DNA from: Macrostomum lignano
Taxonomy: Eukaryota
NCBI GenBank assembly: GCA_002269645.1
Contig: NIVC01002087.1
Location: forward strand, 141,949 to 205,948
Direction: 5' to 3'
Length of the DNA: 64,000 nucleotides
Shown here: positions 11,601 to 25,791 of the stretch, in pieces
Layout: every line of letters starts with the position of its first letter
Numbering within the stretch: position 1 is the first letter of the stretch
The notes under the pieces: model-generated
The model's input: only the letters and a program-made list of their open reading frames with translations
Told to the model about the DNA's origin: nothing
Databases searched by the model: none
Position numbers and translations under genes: made by a program

Positions 11601-13047
11601 GGCGCTGATTGCTAGTATTACTCTATATTTTAGTGCCATTATAGTTCCTCGAATTTCAGGTTCTAGATTTCAGATTCTCTCGCCCATCTCTCACCCCCTC
11701 TACATAAATAAAACTGGATTCAAGTCTCAGAACCAGGGCGCAAAAAAAAACTACGAAGAAGTGATTTTGTCAAGGACCACACAGCGGACGGATGATTGGC
11801 AGCGGCGGCGGTGATGTGCTTGAATGAAGTGGCCTGGGTGGGTTAGGGTTCTTGGCGGTACATCAATGAGCCGCCCTGATGATGGATGCCCTGTACTAGT
11901 AGTACACGCAGTATATTCAGCAGAAGAGGAGAGAGACGAGGAGGAAGAAGAGGAGAGAGTTAATGCTGTAAGTCGATTTCGCCTAGTTATAAAGTGCCGG
12001 TAGGCCCTAATAAGACTCGCTTATTATAAAGAGGCCAAATTGCACTCCCATCTGTACAGGCAGGCCTGCCTCTCTTGACATGCACGGAACGGAGAGGGTG
12101 AGAGAGTATGATAGCTGGTGCCCATCCACTCTTCTTCAATCATTCGACAATTATAGCCAAGCGGTCCTTGACAGGCTGGCCGGTTTTGGGCGGGCTTCCT
12201 CCATCACCATCAACATCGGCATTACAAGAATATAGCCTATACTTATATGCGATAAGTCTAATGATATAAAGGCCATATAACTCTCGAAGCATCTTTCAGT
12301 CTGCTTGGTAGCAGCTAGGAGCGTATATAAATCTCAATTATTCCCCCCACCCCAACCCAAAATGATTGATGACGGGCGCAGAGAGGTTTCAGAATGGTTG
12401 GAAACTTTTCCTAGTTTTTCTTAGCGTCAGAAGATGCGCACAGTTAGTGATAGAACAGTCAGTCAGTCAGTCAGGAGCCAGGCTTATCCATATAGGTTTA
12501 GTTCGGTTAGTCTGACCACCAGACCTAGGTGGTATCAGGTATAAGATACCAACAGGTTTCTCGCGGATATATAAGCTAGTACTTAATGCCAATAGTGATA
12601 AGCAAGTGCATGGGAGCTGATGTCAGCTGTTGCCAAAATGTATGAAAGGAAGCATAGCACAAGGGCTGGTTGTGCATAGATTTTATATAGCTATGAAGCA
12701 CGCTAGGGATCAGGAAAAGGCATTAAAATTCTTTTAGGACCAAAAATAATAAGAGTAGTACCACTGCAAAAGAGTTAACTCCTAGTGGAATAGGGAGTGA
12801 GGAGAGATAAATGAATTTTTTTAAGAAAGGCAAAGTTAAAAGTAGAAATGCAGAAAAAGGGGGTGCAAGATCATAGAGAGAGGGGGGATGACAGATCAAA
12901 ACAAAAGGGAGGAGATCAGAGATCAGAGGAAGAGGGGATAAGAGATCAGAGAAAGAGCTAGGAAAGATGAGAGATTAGAGAAAGAGCTAGGAAAGATGAG
13001 AGATTAGAGAAAGATGGGAGATCAGAGATCAGAGAAATATAGGATAA

Positions 13048-13590
13048 GAGATATCAGAAAAAGAGAAATGAGATATCAGAAGAAAAGAGGTGAGATATCA
13101 GAAGAAGAGAGGTGAGATATCAGAAGAAGAGAGGTGAGATATCAGAAGAATAGAGGTGAGATATCAGGAGAAAAGAGGTGAGATATCAGAAAAAGAGAGG
13201 TGAGATATCAGAAAAAGAGAGGTGAGATATCAGGAGAAAAGAGGTGAGATATCAGAAAAAGAGAGGTGAGATATCAGAAAAAGAGAGGTGAGATATCAGA
13301 AGAAGAGAGGTGAGATATCAGAAAAAGAGAGGTGAGATATCAGAAAAAGAGAGGTGAGATATCAGAAGAATAGAGGTGAGATATCAGAAAAAGAGAGGTG
13401 AGATATCGGAAAAAGAGAGGTGAGATATCGGAAGAATAGAGGTGAGATATCAGAAGAATAGAGGTGAGATATCAGAAGAATAGAGGTGAGATATCAGAAG
13501 AATAGAGGTGAGATATCAGAAGAAGAGAGGTGAGATATCAGAAGAAAAGAAGTGAGATATCAGAGGAGGATATGAGATCAGAGATCAGAG
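13048..13590 (+). repeat. 22-bp purine-rich minisatellite GAGGTGAGATATCAGAAAAAGA
   Basis: Direct reading. Confidence 0.95.
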
Positions 13591-14304
13591 AAAGAGTTGA
13601 AGCTCATATTTCACCGGAGACCCGAAAAAATGAAAACATGAATAAAAGAATAAGCAGAGCAAAAAACGCAGGAGTATCTCTATAGGGAACTCCGCATGTC
13701 CGGAAAAGCGCTAACCAGTAACTGAGTTAATAGAAAGGAGAACACCGATTGATTGATTGGTTGAATGATTGATTGATTAACAGACTGATGTAAGCAATGG
13801 AACATTCAGCATATCAGTACATTCAGTATTACACTGTACAGCGCAGATAGATATTCTCCTATAGAGAAATTTTACCCAGCAGCAGTAGTGCAGGATGCAG
13901 CCTGCTGGGCTGCTGTAAATTCGCGGCAGATGCGCAAGTTATGCGGCATTAAGGCTCAGCTGTAATGCGCTTGCTACATACATACGAATATGGAGCTGAA
14001 TATAACACACGAACTTACCGCATGCAGGGGGGGGGGGACATTCAGCCAACTCTCTCCTCTCCTCCCTCTCCTCTCTCTGGGCATTAATTTTCTACCAATT
14101 TGCGGCCCAGAGGCTGCAGTGTGCAGCAGATAAATGGTTGAACGAGATGTGGAAGTCCACAGAGAGAGAAAGAGAGAGAGAGAAAAAACGACCCACCTAT
14201 AGCCAAGGACAACCAGGCCCAGAGCCAGCAACAATTTCCCAGAATCCTCATTTTGCAGTCAACTCTTCGGCCTAACTATATTTCAGCTATCTGGGATTTT
14301 GCTG

Positions 14305-14712
14305 GCGCCCCTTGGTGCTAAAGCCCCTTGTTGCTAAAGCCCCTTGTTGCTAAAGCCCCTGGTGCTAAAGCCCCTTGTTGCTAAAGCCCCTTGTTGCTAA
14401 AGCCCCTGGTGCTAAAGCCCCTGGTGCTAAAGCCCCTGGTGCTAAAGCCCCTGGTGCTAAAGCCCCTGGTGCTAAAGCCCCTGGTGCTAAAGCCCCTGGT
14501 GCTAAAGCCCCTTGGTGCTAAAGCCCCTGGTGCTAAAGCCCCTTGTTGCTAAAGCCCCTTGTTGCTAAAGCCCCTGGTGCTAAAGCCCCTGGTGCTAAAG
14601 CCCCTGGTGCTAAAGCCCCTGGTGCTAAAGCCCCTGGTGCTAAAGCCCCTTGGTGCTAAAGCCCCTGGTGCTAAAGCCCCTGGTGCTAAAGCCCCTGGTG
14701 CTAAAGCCCCTG
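14305..14712 (+). repeat. 15-bp minisatellite GCTAAAGCCCCTGGT
   Basis: Direct reading. Confidence 0.96.
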
Positions 14713-15263
14713 GACGACACCAAACGACACCAAATTTGAATTGCAAGAAGAACTCTGACTCCAGATTGCATTAGTTTTTGGCTTCCTTGGCCACAGAATA
14801 TCCAGTAATAAATATATAAAAATGGATTTACAGCGAATGGGGACGAAAGCCCGGCAACGCAATAGGAGATGAAGATTCGTTCAGTATAATAAGTATAAAT
14901 ATAAAAAAATGGGGAGAAATGCCTCTAATGTATATACGAACTAAACTGCGCTTGTAATGATTACAGTTTTGCATAATAAATAATATGTGCGCGCCATCGG
15001 TTCCGAGGCTGAAAGGGCTACGCAGGGGCGGAGCGAATCAGTGGGGAAGCGAACTTGTTCTGTGTATCCACCTTTTCTCTGCATATCTGTCACGGAAGTT
15101 TGGACTTGATTAGGGACAAAAAGAGAGACAGATTCTAAATTATTGGGCTAGTTCAGGGCCGATGAGAGAATTCAGGGCCATTGTACAATGTACACCTCGC
15201 GAGAGCGTGTGTCTAGTGTACGTATCCTTGTTGTATGCGTGATCAAGATCTGCGGATGGCATG

Positions 15264-17104
15264 ACTGTCTCTTCAGGTGGGTTGCCCCTGTCTCTTCAGG
15301 TGGGTTGCCCTGTGTCTTCAGGTGGGTTGGCCCTGTGTCTTCAGGTGGGTTGGCCCTGTGTCTTCAGGTGGGTTCTACTGTCTCTTCAGGTGGGTTCTAC
15401 TGTCTCTTCAGGTGGGTTGCCCCTGTGTCTTCAGGTGGGTTGCCACTGTCTCTTCAGGTGGGTTGCCCCTGTGTCTTCAGGTGGGTTGGCCCTGTGTCTT
15501 CAGGTGGGTTGGCCCTGTGTCTTCAGGTGGGTTCCTGTCTCTTCAGGTGGGTTGCCCCTGTCTCTTCAGGTGGGTTGCCACTGTCTCTTCAGGTGGGTTG
15601 CCCCTGTCTCTTCAGGTGGGTTGCCCTGTCTCTTCAGGTGGGTTGCCCCTGGTCTCGTCAGGTGGGTTGCCCATGTCTCGTCAGGTGGGTTCTACTGGTC
15701 TCTTCAGGTGGGTTGCCATTGTTTCTTTAGGTGGGTGGGTCTTACTGTCTATTCAGGTGGGTTGCCCCTGTGTCTTCAGGTGGGTTGCCACTGTCCCTTC
15801 AGGTGGGTTGCTATTGTCTCTTCAGGTGGGTTGCCACTGTCCCTTCAGGTGGGTTGCTATTGTCTCTTCAGGTGGGTTCTACTGTCTCTTCAGGTGGGTT
15901 GCCCCTGTGTCTTCAGGTGGGTTGGCCCTGTGTCTTCAGGTGGGTTGGCCCTGTGTCTTCAGGTGGGTTCTACTGTCTCTTCAGGTGGGTTGCCCCTGTG
16001 TCTTCAGGTGGGTTGCCACTGTCTCTTCAGGTGGGTTGCCCCTGTCTCTTCAGGTGGGTTGCCACTGTCTCTTCAGGTGGGTTGCCCCTGTCTCGTCAGG
16101 TGGGTTGCCCATGTCTCGTCAGGTGGGTTCTACTGGTCTCTTCAGGTGGGTTGCCATTGTTTCTTTAGGTGGGTGGGTCTTACTGTCTATTCAGGTGGGT
16201 TGCCCCTGTGTCTTCAGGTGGGTTGCCACTGTCCCTTCAGGTGGGTTGCTATTGTCTCTTCAGGTGGGTTGCCACTGTCCCTTCAGGTGGGTTGCTATTG
16301 TCTCTTCAGGTGGGTTCTACTGTCTCTTCAGGTGGGTTGCCCCTGTGTCTTCAGGTGGGTTGCCACTGTCTCTTCAGGTGGGTTGCCCCTGTCTCTTCAG
16401 GTGGGTTGCCACTGTCTCTTCAGGTGGGTTGCCCCTGTCTCGTCAGGTGGGTTGCCCATGTCTCGTCAGGTGGGTTCTACTGGTCTCTTCAGGTGGGTTG
16501 CCATTGTTTCTTTAGGTGGGTGGGTCTTACTGTCTCTTCAGGTGGGTTGCCACTGTCCCTTCAGGTGGGTTGCTATTGTCTCTTCAGGTGGGTTCTACTG
16601 TCTCTTCAGGTGGGTTGCCCCTGTGTCTTCAGGTGGGTTGCCACTGTCTCTTCAGGTGGGTTGCCCGTGTCTCTTCAGGTGGGTTGCCACTGTCTCTTCA
16701 GGTGGGTTGCCCCTGTCTCTTCAGGTGGGTTGCCCTGTGTCTTCAGGTGGGTTGCCCCTGTCTCCTCAGGTGGGTTACCCTGTCTCTTCAGGTGGGTTCT
16801 ACTGTCTCTTCAGGTGGGTTGCTCCTGTCTCTTCAGGTGGGTTCTACTGTCTCTTCAGGTGGGTTGCCCCTGTGTCTTCAGGTGGGTTGCCACTGTCTCG
16901 TCAGGTGGGTTCTACTGTCTCTTCAGGTGGGTTGCCCCTGTGTCTTCAGGTGGGTTGCCACTGTCTCGTCAGGTGGGTTCTACTGTCTCTTCAGGTGGGT
17001 TGTCCCTGTGTCTTCAGGTGGGTTGCCCCTGTCTTTTCAAGTGGGTTGTCCCTGTGTCTTCAGGTGGGCGGCCCCTGTCTCTTCAGGTGGGCGGCCCCTG
17101 TCTG
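15264..17104 (+). repeat. 22-23-bp minisatellite with core TGTCTCTTCAGGTGGGTTG
   Basis: Direct reading; variant block repeated at offsets of 438 and 347 bp. Confidence 0.96.
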
Positions 17105-17636
17105 TTCTTTCTTTCCTCTTCTTTCAATCTATTCTATTACCCCATCTCTATCTTCTCTCCTGTCATCTCTTACCTCGCTTTTCGCAGCTATTCATTCTCT
17201 AATCCAGCCGGCAGCTAAAAGCCAGCTTCCTTATCTGACCCTAGAGGTAAACTAAAGTTTGCCGAGCCCTGGTATTTACTGCCAACTGAAGTACATCGTA
17301 CTCTATACTTACGACCTATATCTAATTGAAGCGAGCTGATCTACGAGCATCAGCTGCGAGCAGCAGAGAGTCAGCGAGAGAATGACAGTAATTTATATTC
17401 GCTGCGACCAGCTGCAGCGACTGCAAGCTTAATACCGCGACAGCGACACAGCAGTCACTGATGCCAGCGCATTTGGGGATTGGGAAACCCAATTATGTTT
17501 TCCCGATCGCTTTCGGCAATTCTTAGCTCGTATTATACGAGCTAATTATCGTTTGTAGCTTATGCGTTTGGTACCGAATCTTACCGGATCTCTCTGCATG
17601 CGAGTCCTTTATCTACGGTATCATTTTACATCTGCC

Positions 17637-19152
<1,516 letters not shown>

Positions 19153-19690
19153 CATGTATCTATTCTACCATCTATTCGAATATTTAAAGGTAATTTATTG
19201 TGTCTTAAAGAGTCCGTTTGTAAAAAAAGAAGGGTTTAGACTTTTTAGGAAAATTGTAATAGTATCATTCCATACATAAATGTCACGGTCTAAGTCACAC
19301 TGATTGATTGATCCCAGAGGTTAATCCTGCGATGGTCTAACCTTGCTTTAGTTTGAATCCATATATAAACTGCTGTCAAAACTTCTTTTTTTCTTACAGA
19401 TCCCTTCAGTTGGCTAGGAAAGAGACTGACATAGAGCCGCGTGAAGCTATAAAGCATTGATTGACAGCCAAACAATAATATTTCGAATAGTAATATTGGA
19501 ATGCCTCCATAAGCAGATATTGTATCTAGGATTTTAAGAACAATTTACCATAAGGAAATATGAAAGCCAAAATGATAAAAAAGCTTGTGTTATTTTTTTC
19601 AAGTAAACACCAAATTCCGTTAACAAAAAATGAATCTTACTACTAGTAGTAGGTAAAATGCGAGTAGTACATGCGTAAAATTCTCATTAC

Positions 19691-19809
19691 CTCAAGTAGA
19701 GAATGCAACGTGTCGTCTTCGAATACGCTCTGCAACAGCTCTCGGTCGCGTTCGGTACAGTCGGTGAGGCACTGGATCTCCTCCAGGCTGTCGAGAATGG
19801 CTGACACAG
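19691..19809 (-). CDS. CASK: CASK exon 8, L27 N-terminal part ([40 protein letters not shown])
   Basis: Manual translation matches CASK [40 protein letters not shown]. Phases 1/0. Confidence 0.93.
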
Positions 19810-20428
19810 CTGTCAATCATTTGGGTTGAGTGTGGCAATATTGATTGGTTGTATAATTATCAAAGTGACAAAAAGCTATTCACGTGTTGACAGTTGCGTC
19901 ATTGAATTGGCCCTTTAAATGCCCGTATAAGTTAAAGCGGAAGTGACCGAATAACAAAACTTTTAAAACTGGGGTCAGCGAACTCTGGACCGCGAGGATT
20001 CTCTATCCTGCCGTCGCGGGGTCCTTTGAAACTTCACAATAGCAATCAGACCGGCCCAAGGTTTGTCTCTTCTCAGTTGTCTTCTCTTTTTTCTCGCCTT
20101 TCGTCTCCCATCTCCCCTCTCCTCTCTCCCCTGCTTCATCCTCTCCTCTCCCATCTCCTCTCTCTCTCATCTCCGCTCTCCTTACCTAAAGAGATTCAAC
20201 GAATTCATCGATAAATTTCATGGGTATTTTAAAAAAAACCCAGAAATTTGCTGACTTCATCAGCCAAAAGATTCTGCAATAAACCAGTTTGTAATGTGTA
20301 TTTTATAAATTTAAACTTGTAAAACGGTTTTCTTGAGGAAGAAAAGCAGGCGTGTAAAAGCATTTGAAACAGAAGTTGAAAAAGGAATAAAAAAAAGTCG
20401 TCCAAGTCAAACAAACTGGAGACAGCCA

Positions 20429-21658
20429 TCACGAGTCGATCTCGCAGTCCAGGTGGCCCATTCTGTCTGTCGGACTGCTAGCTGGCAGAAAGGACACCAC
20501 TTTACAGCCGGTCACAGCTGCCGCGGCCAATTCGAATTTGTTACCAAACAATTGGCGCCTAAAATTGGCGCCGGCGCCGGTCACACCGCGCCGGATTCGA
20601 TGACGCGCCGATCTGCGATGGCGCCGATTCAACCAAAACATTGGCAGAGTGACTAACAGACTCTGCAACAGGTGACCAGCTAGTTGCAGGTGACGCAGCC
20701 AGCTGGGAGCTAGGCCAGCCGGGACTAGGTCTAACAGCAGGTAGGCGCCAGTTAGCGCGCTAATTAGCGCCAAAGATCGAGCCCAACGCGCCGGCCCAGG
20801 ACAGGTTTGGCGAGGCGGCAATGACAGGCGCAGAGACTGGGCGCCGAGCACCATGGAGACGAGATGGGCGCCGGCCAACGGCAGACGAACTGACGCGGTG
20901 TACAGCGACACGGGCTCTGGTCGGTAGAGCGCCGAGTATTTGTGCAACTGAGCCAGCTGGCCCGGCGCCAAAGTTCGACAGACCAGATGCGCAGTGGCTA
21001 CGACAACAGGCAGCGGCCAGGCCAGCGACAGCAGCTCGAACAGCGGCTGACGCTTTCGTCTCGGCGGCGACTGACAAGCCGGCTTGTGTCGGCGGCCCAA
21101 CCGACGTCGGAGACAAATCGACTGGGCTAGGAATGAGGCGAACAAACCGGCGTAGGATAGTACTTCCAGTAGTTCGAATAGTGCGTCCAAGGATAGACAG
21201 GCGTCTCGGCCTAAGCAACGAACCGATGGCCAAGACAGTAGGCGACCGGAGCGGCAGAGGAAATAGGCGCAGTAGGCCCATAGTAACTGGCGATGCACGG
21301 CCGCTAAGCGACCCCCAGGTAGCTGACGGAGAGCGCACAGACCAATGAGAGTAGCTAGCAGTACCAACAGGCCGATTAGGCAAAGACCGATTTCCCACAC
21401 AGCCAGATGACGCTGGCTGGCTAAATAAGAATTCAAACTGCAGAAAGTTTCGCATAGGCTAGCTGAATCGGCATAGCAACCGTCTAGTACGAAGAGATCA
21501 CCAGCTCGTAGCGGTACAGTTAAAGTAGTATTAGGCTTTAAATTGGCGTAGAAGCTTAGCCAGGGCTTGTCGGGACAAGCGTCGCCTTTTAAGCGCTGCG
21601 TCGACGGCAATTGTTTAAACAGCGGGGAAGCAAACGGATCCGAACAGGAGGAGAGCAT
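20429..21658 (-). CDS. Intronless divergent class B (secretin-like) 7TM GPCR nested in CASK intron 7
   Basis: Seven hydrophobic segments with class-B-like motifs: RQL...R...HRQLL (ICL1/TM2), Cys before TM3, LAWPLP (TM4), ARSLALISALTG (TM6), LQSLLV...FWLN (TM7). Cys-rich N-terminal domain. Confidence 0.8.
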   Translation of the reverse strand: MLSSCSDPFASPLFKQLPSTQRLKGDACPDKPWLSFYANLKPNTTLTVPLRAGDLFVLDGCYADSASLCETFCSLNSYLASQRHLAVWEIGLCLIGLLVLLATLIGLCALRQLPGGRLAAVHRQLLWAYCAYFLCRSGRLLSWPSVRCLGRDACLSLDALFELLEVLSYAGLFASFLAQSICLRRRLGRRHKPACQSPPRRKRQPLFELLSLAWPLPVVVATAHLVCRTLAPGQLAQLHKYSALYRPEPVSLYTASVRLPLAGAHLVSMVLGAQSLRLSLPPRQTCPGPARWARSLALISALTGAYLLLDLVPAGLAPSWLRHLQLAGHLLQSLLVTLPMFWLNRRHRRSARHRIRRGVTGAGANFRRQLFGNKFELAAAAVTGCKVVSFLPASSPTDRMGHLDCEIDS

Positions 21659-22904
21659 TGCCGGTCTTTATAAACACAAACAGGGGGCCTGTCTGGACTT
21701 CTACTGCGCTTGATTTTATTATTATTTTATTGATGAAGGGTTGCAACAGTGCGCATGAACTTAACTTGTTCGTATCGGGCGGGCTTTCCTTTATCAACAG
21801 TTAAATGTACATTCATCTTGATTCTAAATTGGGGTGGTTGGTTTGACTAGCATAAGGGCTGGAGTTAGAGGGGTAAGAAGAGAAGAGATAGAAATAAGAA
21901 TGTACATTACCAATGTACAGTGTGTAGAGGCCGAAAGAAATTGTTTTACTGTAGGCAAGCGAGAGCGAATCAAAGTCACTTAGCTTAAATAAGATTGACA
22001 AATATGGCGTAAAGATTTGTTTACTAAAGTAGCTAATAAATACTTCGGGTAAATTAGTTGATAACTGGTGTTCAAAACACGAGCTATAGCTAATTTAAAA
22101 AACCGCGTGTTTTCGTTGAAAATTTCTTTTTTTCATTCAAAAATACGATGTATCCTAATTTTAGGATAGTTTTATAACTCTAAACCGCAACGCTAAAACG
22201 CTTACTTACACCGACAAGAAGACAACAAACTTCGGTTGACCAGACGCAAGAACATACTAGAGCGCGATTTTGTTCTCAACATGGATTTAGTTTATGTTTT
22301 TGCAACGTTTTTTTCAATATAAGACTCGATATATGAGGCTCGCTCGAACTCAAATCAATACTCGTTCTTGGGACGCGATAGCACGTTTATGCAGAGTTTT
22401 ATATTTGGTCGCAGCAGTTACATATGGGGGGTGCTGGCGGTTTGTTGGCTGCATGGCTGAAAGCAGCCAAAAGCAGAGACACCAGAGGCAGGGGATACGA
22501 GCGTAGAGGGTTGAGGAAGAGATCCAGAGAGAGAGAGAGAAGTTATAGTGTGCCAGTTTTGCAATTCCCAAAGTCCCAGACTGGCACTGTGAAATAGAGT
22601 TTCGAATCTGGGGTTTCGCTTGAGTAGGAGTAGCTCGAATACATGTAAACTATATAGGAACAGTTTTGCACCCTTACCCCGGAAAATGTACACTTTGTGA
22701 AGTGTAAAATTTTGTAATACTATATTTAGCTATATATAATTTGCGTTAAAAATTACTTGTGCGTAAAATGTTGCGGCAAAATTGCGTCAAGGCTGTAGCT
22801 CGTAAACTAAATCCCAATAAAAAAATTTAAAACTATTTTTTCCGTAACGTTTTACCTTTATTTCCATATGTAAATTGTGTATCCGCATTTTGTTACTCTA
22901 TTTG

Positions 22905-24392
22905 CAATGTCACTCTATCCACATTTTAACTCCTCTATTCACATTGTCACTCTATATTTATTTTCATTTTATCCACATTGTCACTCGAATCCGCATTGTC
23001 AATATATTTGAAATGTCACTCTATCTGCAATGTCACTCTATACACATTGTCACTCTATCTGCAATGTCACTCTATACACATTGTCACTCTATTCACATTG
23101 TCACTCTATACAATTGTCACTCTTTATATACATTGTCACTCTATCCACATTTTCACTCTTATCCGCATTGTCAAACTATATGAATTGTTACTCTATCTGC
23201 AATGTCACTATACACATTGTCACTCTACATGCATTTCCACTCTATCAATATTGTCACTCTATTCACATTGTCACTCTATACACATTGTCACTCTATACAC
23301 ATTGTCACTCTATTCACATTGTCACTCTATCCACATTGTCACTCTATTCACATTGTCAACCTATATCTACATTGTCACTCTATCCACATATCCACATTGT
23401 CACTCTTTTCCGCATTGTCAAACTATATGAATTGTTACTCTATCTGCAATGTCACTATACACATTGTCACTCTATATGCATTGTCACTCTATATGCATTT
23501 TCACTCCATCCACATTGTCACTCTATATGCATTTTCACTCTATACACATTGTCACTCTATTCGCATTGACACTCGCATTGTCTCTCTATCTATATTATTA
23601 CACTACATTATTATCGAATAATCCAAATGTTCATGATTATGTTACTCTATTAAAATTTTCGTTCCATAAAAAGTTTCATAATACCATTACAATTGTTTGT
23701 AAATTTAGAAAAATCATTATACGCAAATATTGCCACTCTTATTCAAAGATTATAACTCCACTTAAAATATTGTCATTCCACTTAGAATATTGTCACTCCT
23801 ATGCGAATAATGTCACTTGTATTCGAACATTGTCACTCCTATTCGAACATTGTCACTCCTATTCGAATATTGTCACTCCTATTCGAACATTTTCACTCCT
23901 ATTCGAACATTGTCACTCCTATGCGAATAATGTCACTTGTATTCGAACATTGTCACTCCTATTCGAACATTGTCACTCCTATTCGAACATTGTCACTCCT
24001 ATTCGAACATTGTCACTCCTATTCGAACACTGTCACTTCTATTCGAATATTGTCACTCCTATTCGAATATTGTCACTCCTATTCGAACATTGTCACTCCT
24101 ATTCGAACATTGTCACTCCTATTCGAACATTGTCACTCCTATTCGAACACTGTCACTTCTATTCGAATATTGTCACTCCTATTCGAATATTGTCACTCCT
24201 ATTCGAACATTTTCACTCCTATTCGAATATTGTCACTCCTATTCGAACATTGTCACTCCTATTCGAACATTTTCACTCCTATTCGAATATTGTCACTCCT
24301 ATTCGAACATTGTCACTCCTATTCGAACATTTTCACTCCTATTCGAATATTGTCACTCCTATTCGAACATTGTCACTCCTATTCGAACATTA
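22905..24392 (+). repeat. Two related arrays: 16-bp CACATTGTCACTCTAT (22905-23585) and 20-bp ATTCGAACATTGTCACTCCT (23785-24392)
   Basis: Direct reading; shared CATTGTCACTC core. Confidence 0.93.
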
Positions 24393-24454
24393 TCTTTTTC
24401 GAAATGTTCGAATAGGAGGACACGCTCAAGTCATAGCTAAAAATAGTCACTAAC

Positions 24455-24785
24455 CCGCCGACGTTGCGTCGTCCCTCGCCTGCTGTCTCGCGTCGATGCT
24501 TTCATCAGCGTCGCCGCCGTCAGCCGGGTCGCCGTAGTAGCTGGACCAGCGGGCGCTGGACACGGCGGCGAGGACGGCGCCTTTTAATTTTCTACGAGCG
24601 TTGAACTTTTTCATTTCTTCGACTGTTTCGCCCAGATGAAGCTTCGGGACGCGGCTTTTATCGCTGATCCAGGGATGCTGGAGGGCCTCGTCGATGGTCA
24701 GTCGGCGTTGTGGGTCGAGCTCGAGCAGGCGGCTGACCAAATCCTTGGCCTCGGCTGAGATTGACTGCCACACCTGCGGCTTCAT
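24455..24785 (-). CDS. CASK: CASK exon 7 (kinase C-lobe and CaM-binding segment KFNARRKLKGAVLAAVSS)
   Basis: The ORF track peptide matches CASK. cag|ATG acceptor, G|GTTAG donor (phase 1). Confidence 0.95.
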
Positions 24786-24857
24786 CTGCGATTGTGCGAG
24801 GATTACATGAGAGTTATTAACTGGATGATAGCGGGTCTGCGATAGTTGACTGCTAAC

Positions 24858-25325
24858 CTTTGACTGTCAGTGACAATTTTACTGTCAGTGACATTTGACT
24901 GTCAGTGACATTTGACTGTCAGTGACATTTGACTGTCAGTGACAATTTGACTGTCAGTGACATTTGAAAATCTACATTGTAAATACCCAAGCCAGACACA
25001 TCAGACCCTGGACACACCTAAACCCGGACACACCAAAACCCGGACACACCAAAACCCGGACGCACCAAAACCCGAACACACCAAAACCCGGACACATGAA
25101 AATCCAGAAACATTAAAATCAAGACATATTCAAACCCGGACACACCGAAACCCGGATGCATAAAAGCCCGGACACACCGAAACCCGGACACATCAATACC
25201 CGGACACATCGAAACCCGGAGACACGGAAACAGGGACGCACCGAAATCCGGACGCATGAAAATCCAGAAATATTAAAATCTAGACACATCGAAACTCGGA
25301 CACATCAGAACTCGGACATGTCCCA
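24858..25325 (+). repeat. 17-bp GACTGTCAGTGACATTT array and ~16-17-bp ACCAAAACCCGGACAC array in CASK intron 6
   Basis: Direct reading. Confidence 0.9.
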
Positions 25326-25350
25326 ATCCAGACAAATAGAAAGCACTCAC

Positions 25351-25526
25351 GTGATAGCGCCCGTTCAGTATCTGCTCAAACAGGGCCTCTTTTGCGCCGT
25401 AGAAAGGCAGCGAACCGCTCAGCAGCACAAACAGAAGGCAGCCGCAGCCCCACGCGTCCACAGGCCGGCCGTATGGCTCGCCTCGAACCATTTCTGGCGC
25501 CATAAAATGCGGCGTACCTATTCTTC
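25351..25526 (-). CDS. CASK: CASK exon 6 ([29 protein letters not shown]...ILNGRYH)
   Basis: Kinase subdomains VIII-X matching CASK. cgcag acceptor, GTGAGT donor. Confidence 0.96.
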
Positions 25527-25791
25527 CTGCGAATAATTAAGGACAGAACAAAAATATACACTATTTTTAGTATCCACTCACGGAGAGTCGTAGGATAAGT
25601 ATATTGATAACAACATGTGACTTATCTATATATCTAATAGTGGAAGTATAAAAAAAACTACTAAAAATATTATTTTGCATCATATAAAAGCGTTAAACTA
25701 CTAATAGTAGGCAATGCATGAAAATTAACATTAAAAATTAACTAATTGGCATTGGAAACTAGTAGGCAAAATGAATTTAATTAGCGCGCAC

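Noticed and set aside
20760-21455. Plus-strand ORFs of 231 and 175 aa overlapping the GPCR
   Set aside because: Antisense shadows of a GC-rich coding sequence; no recognisable motifs.
22350-22571. Hydrophobic ORF as a signal-peptide exon for the GPCR
   Set aside because: TTG start, and the available GT donors (phase 0/1) do not fit the phase-2 AAG acceptor before the GPCR ATG.
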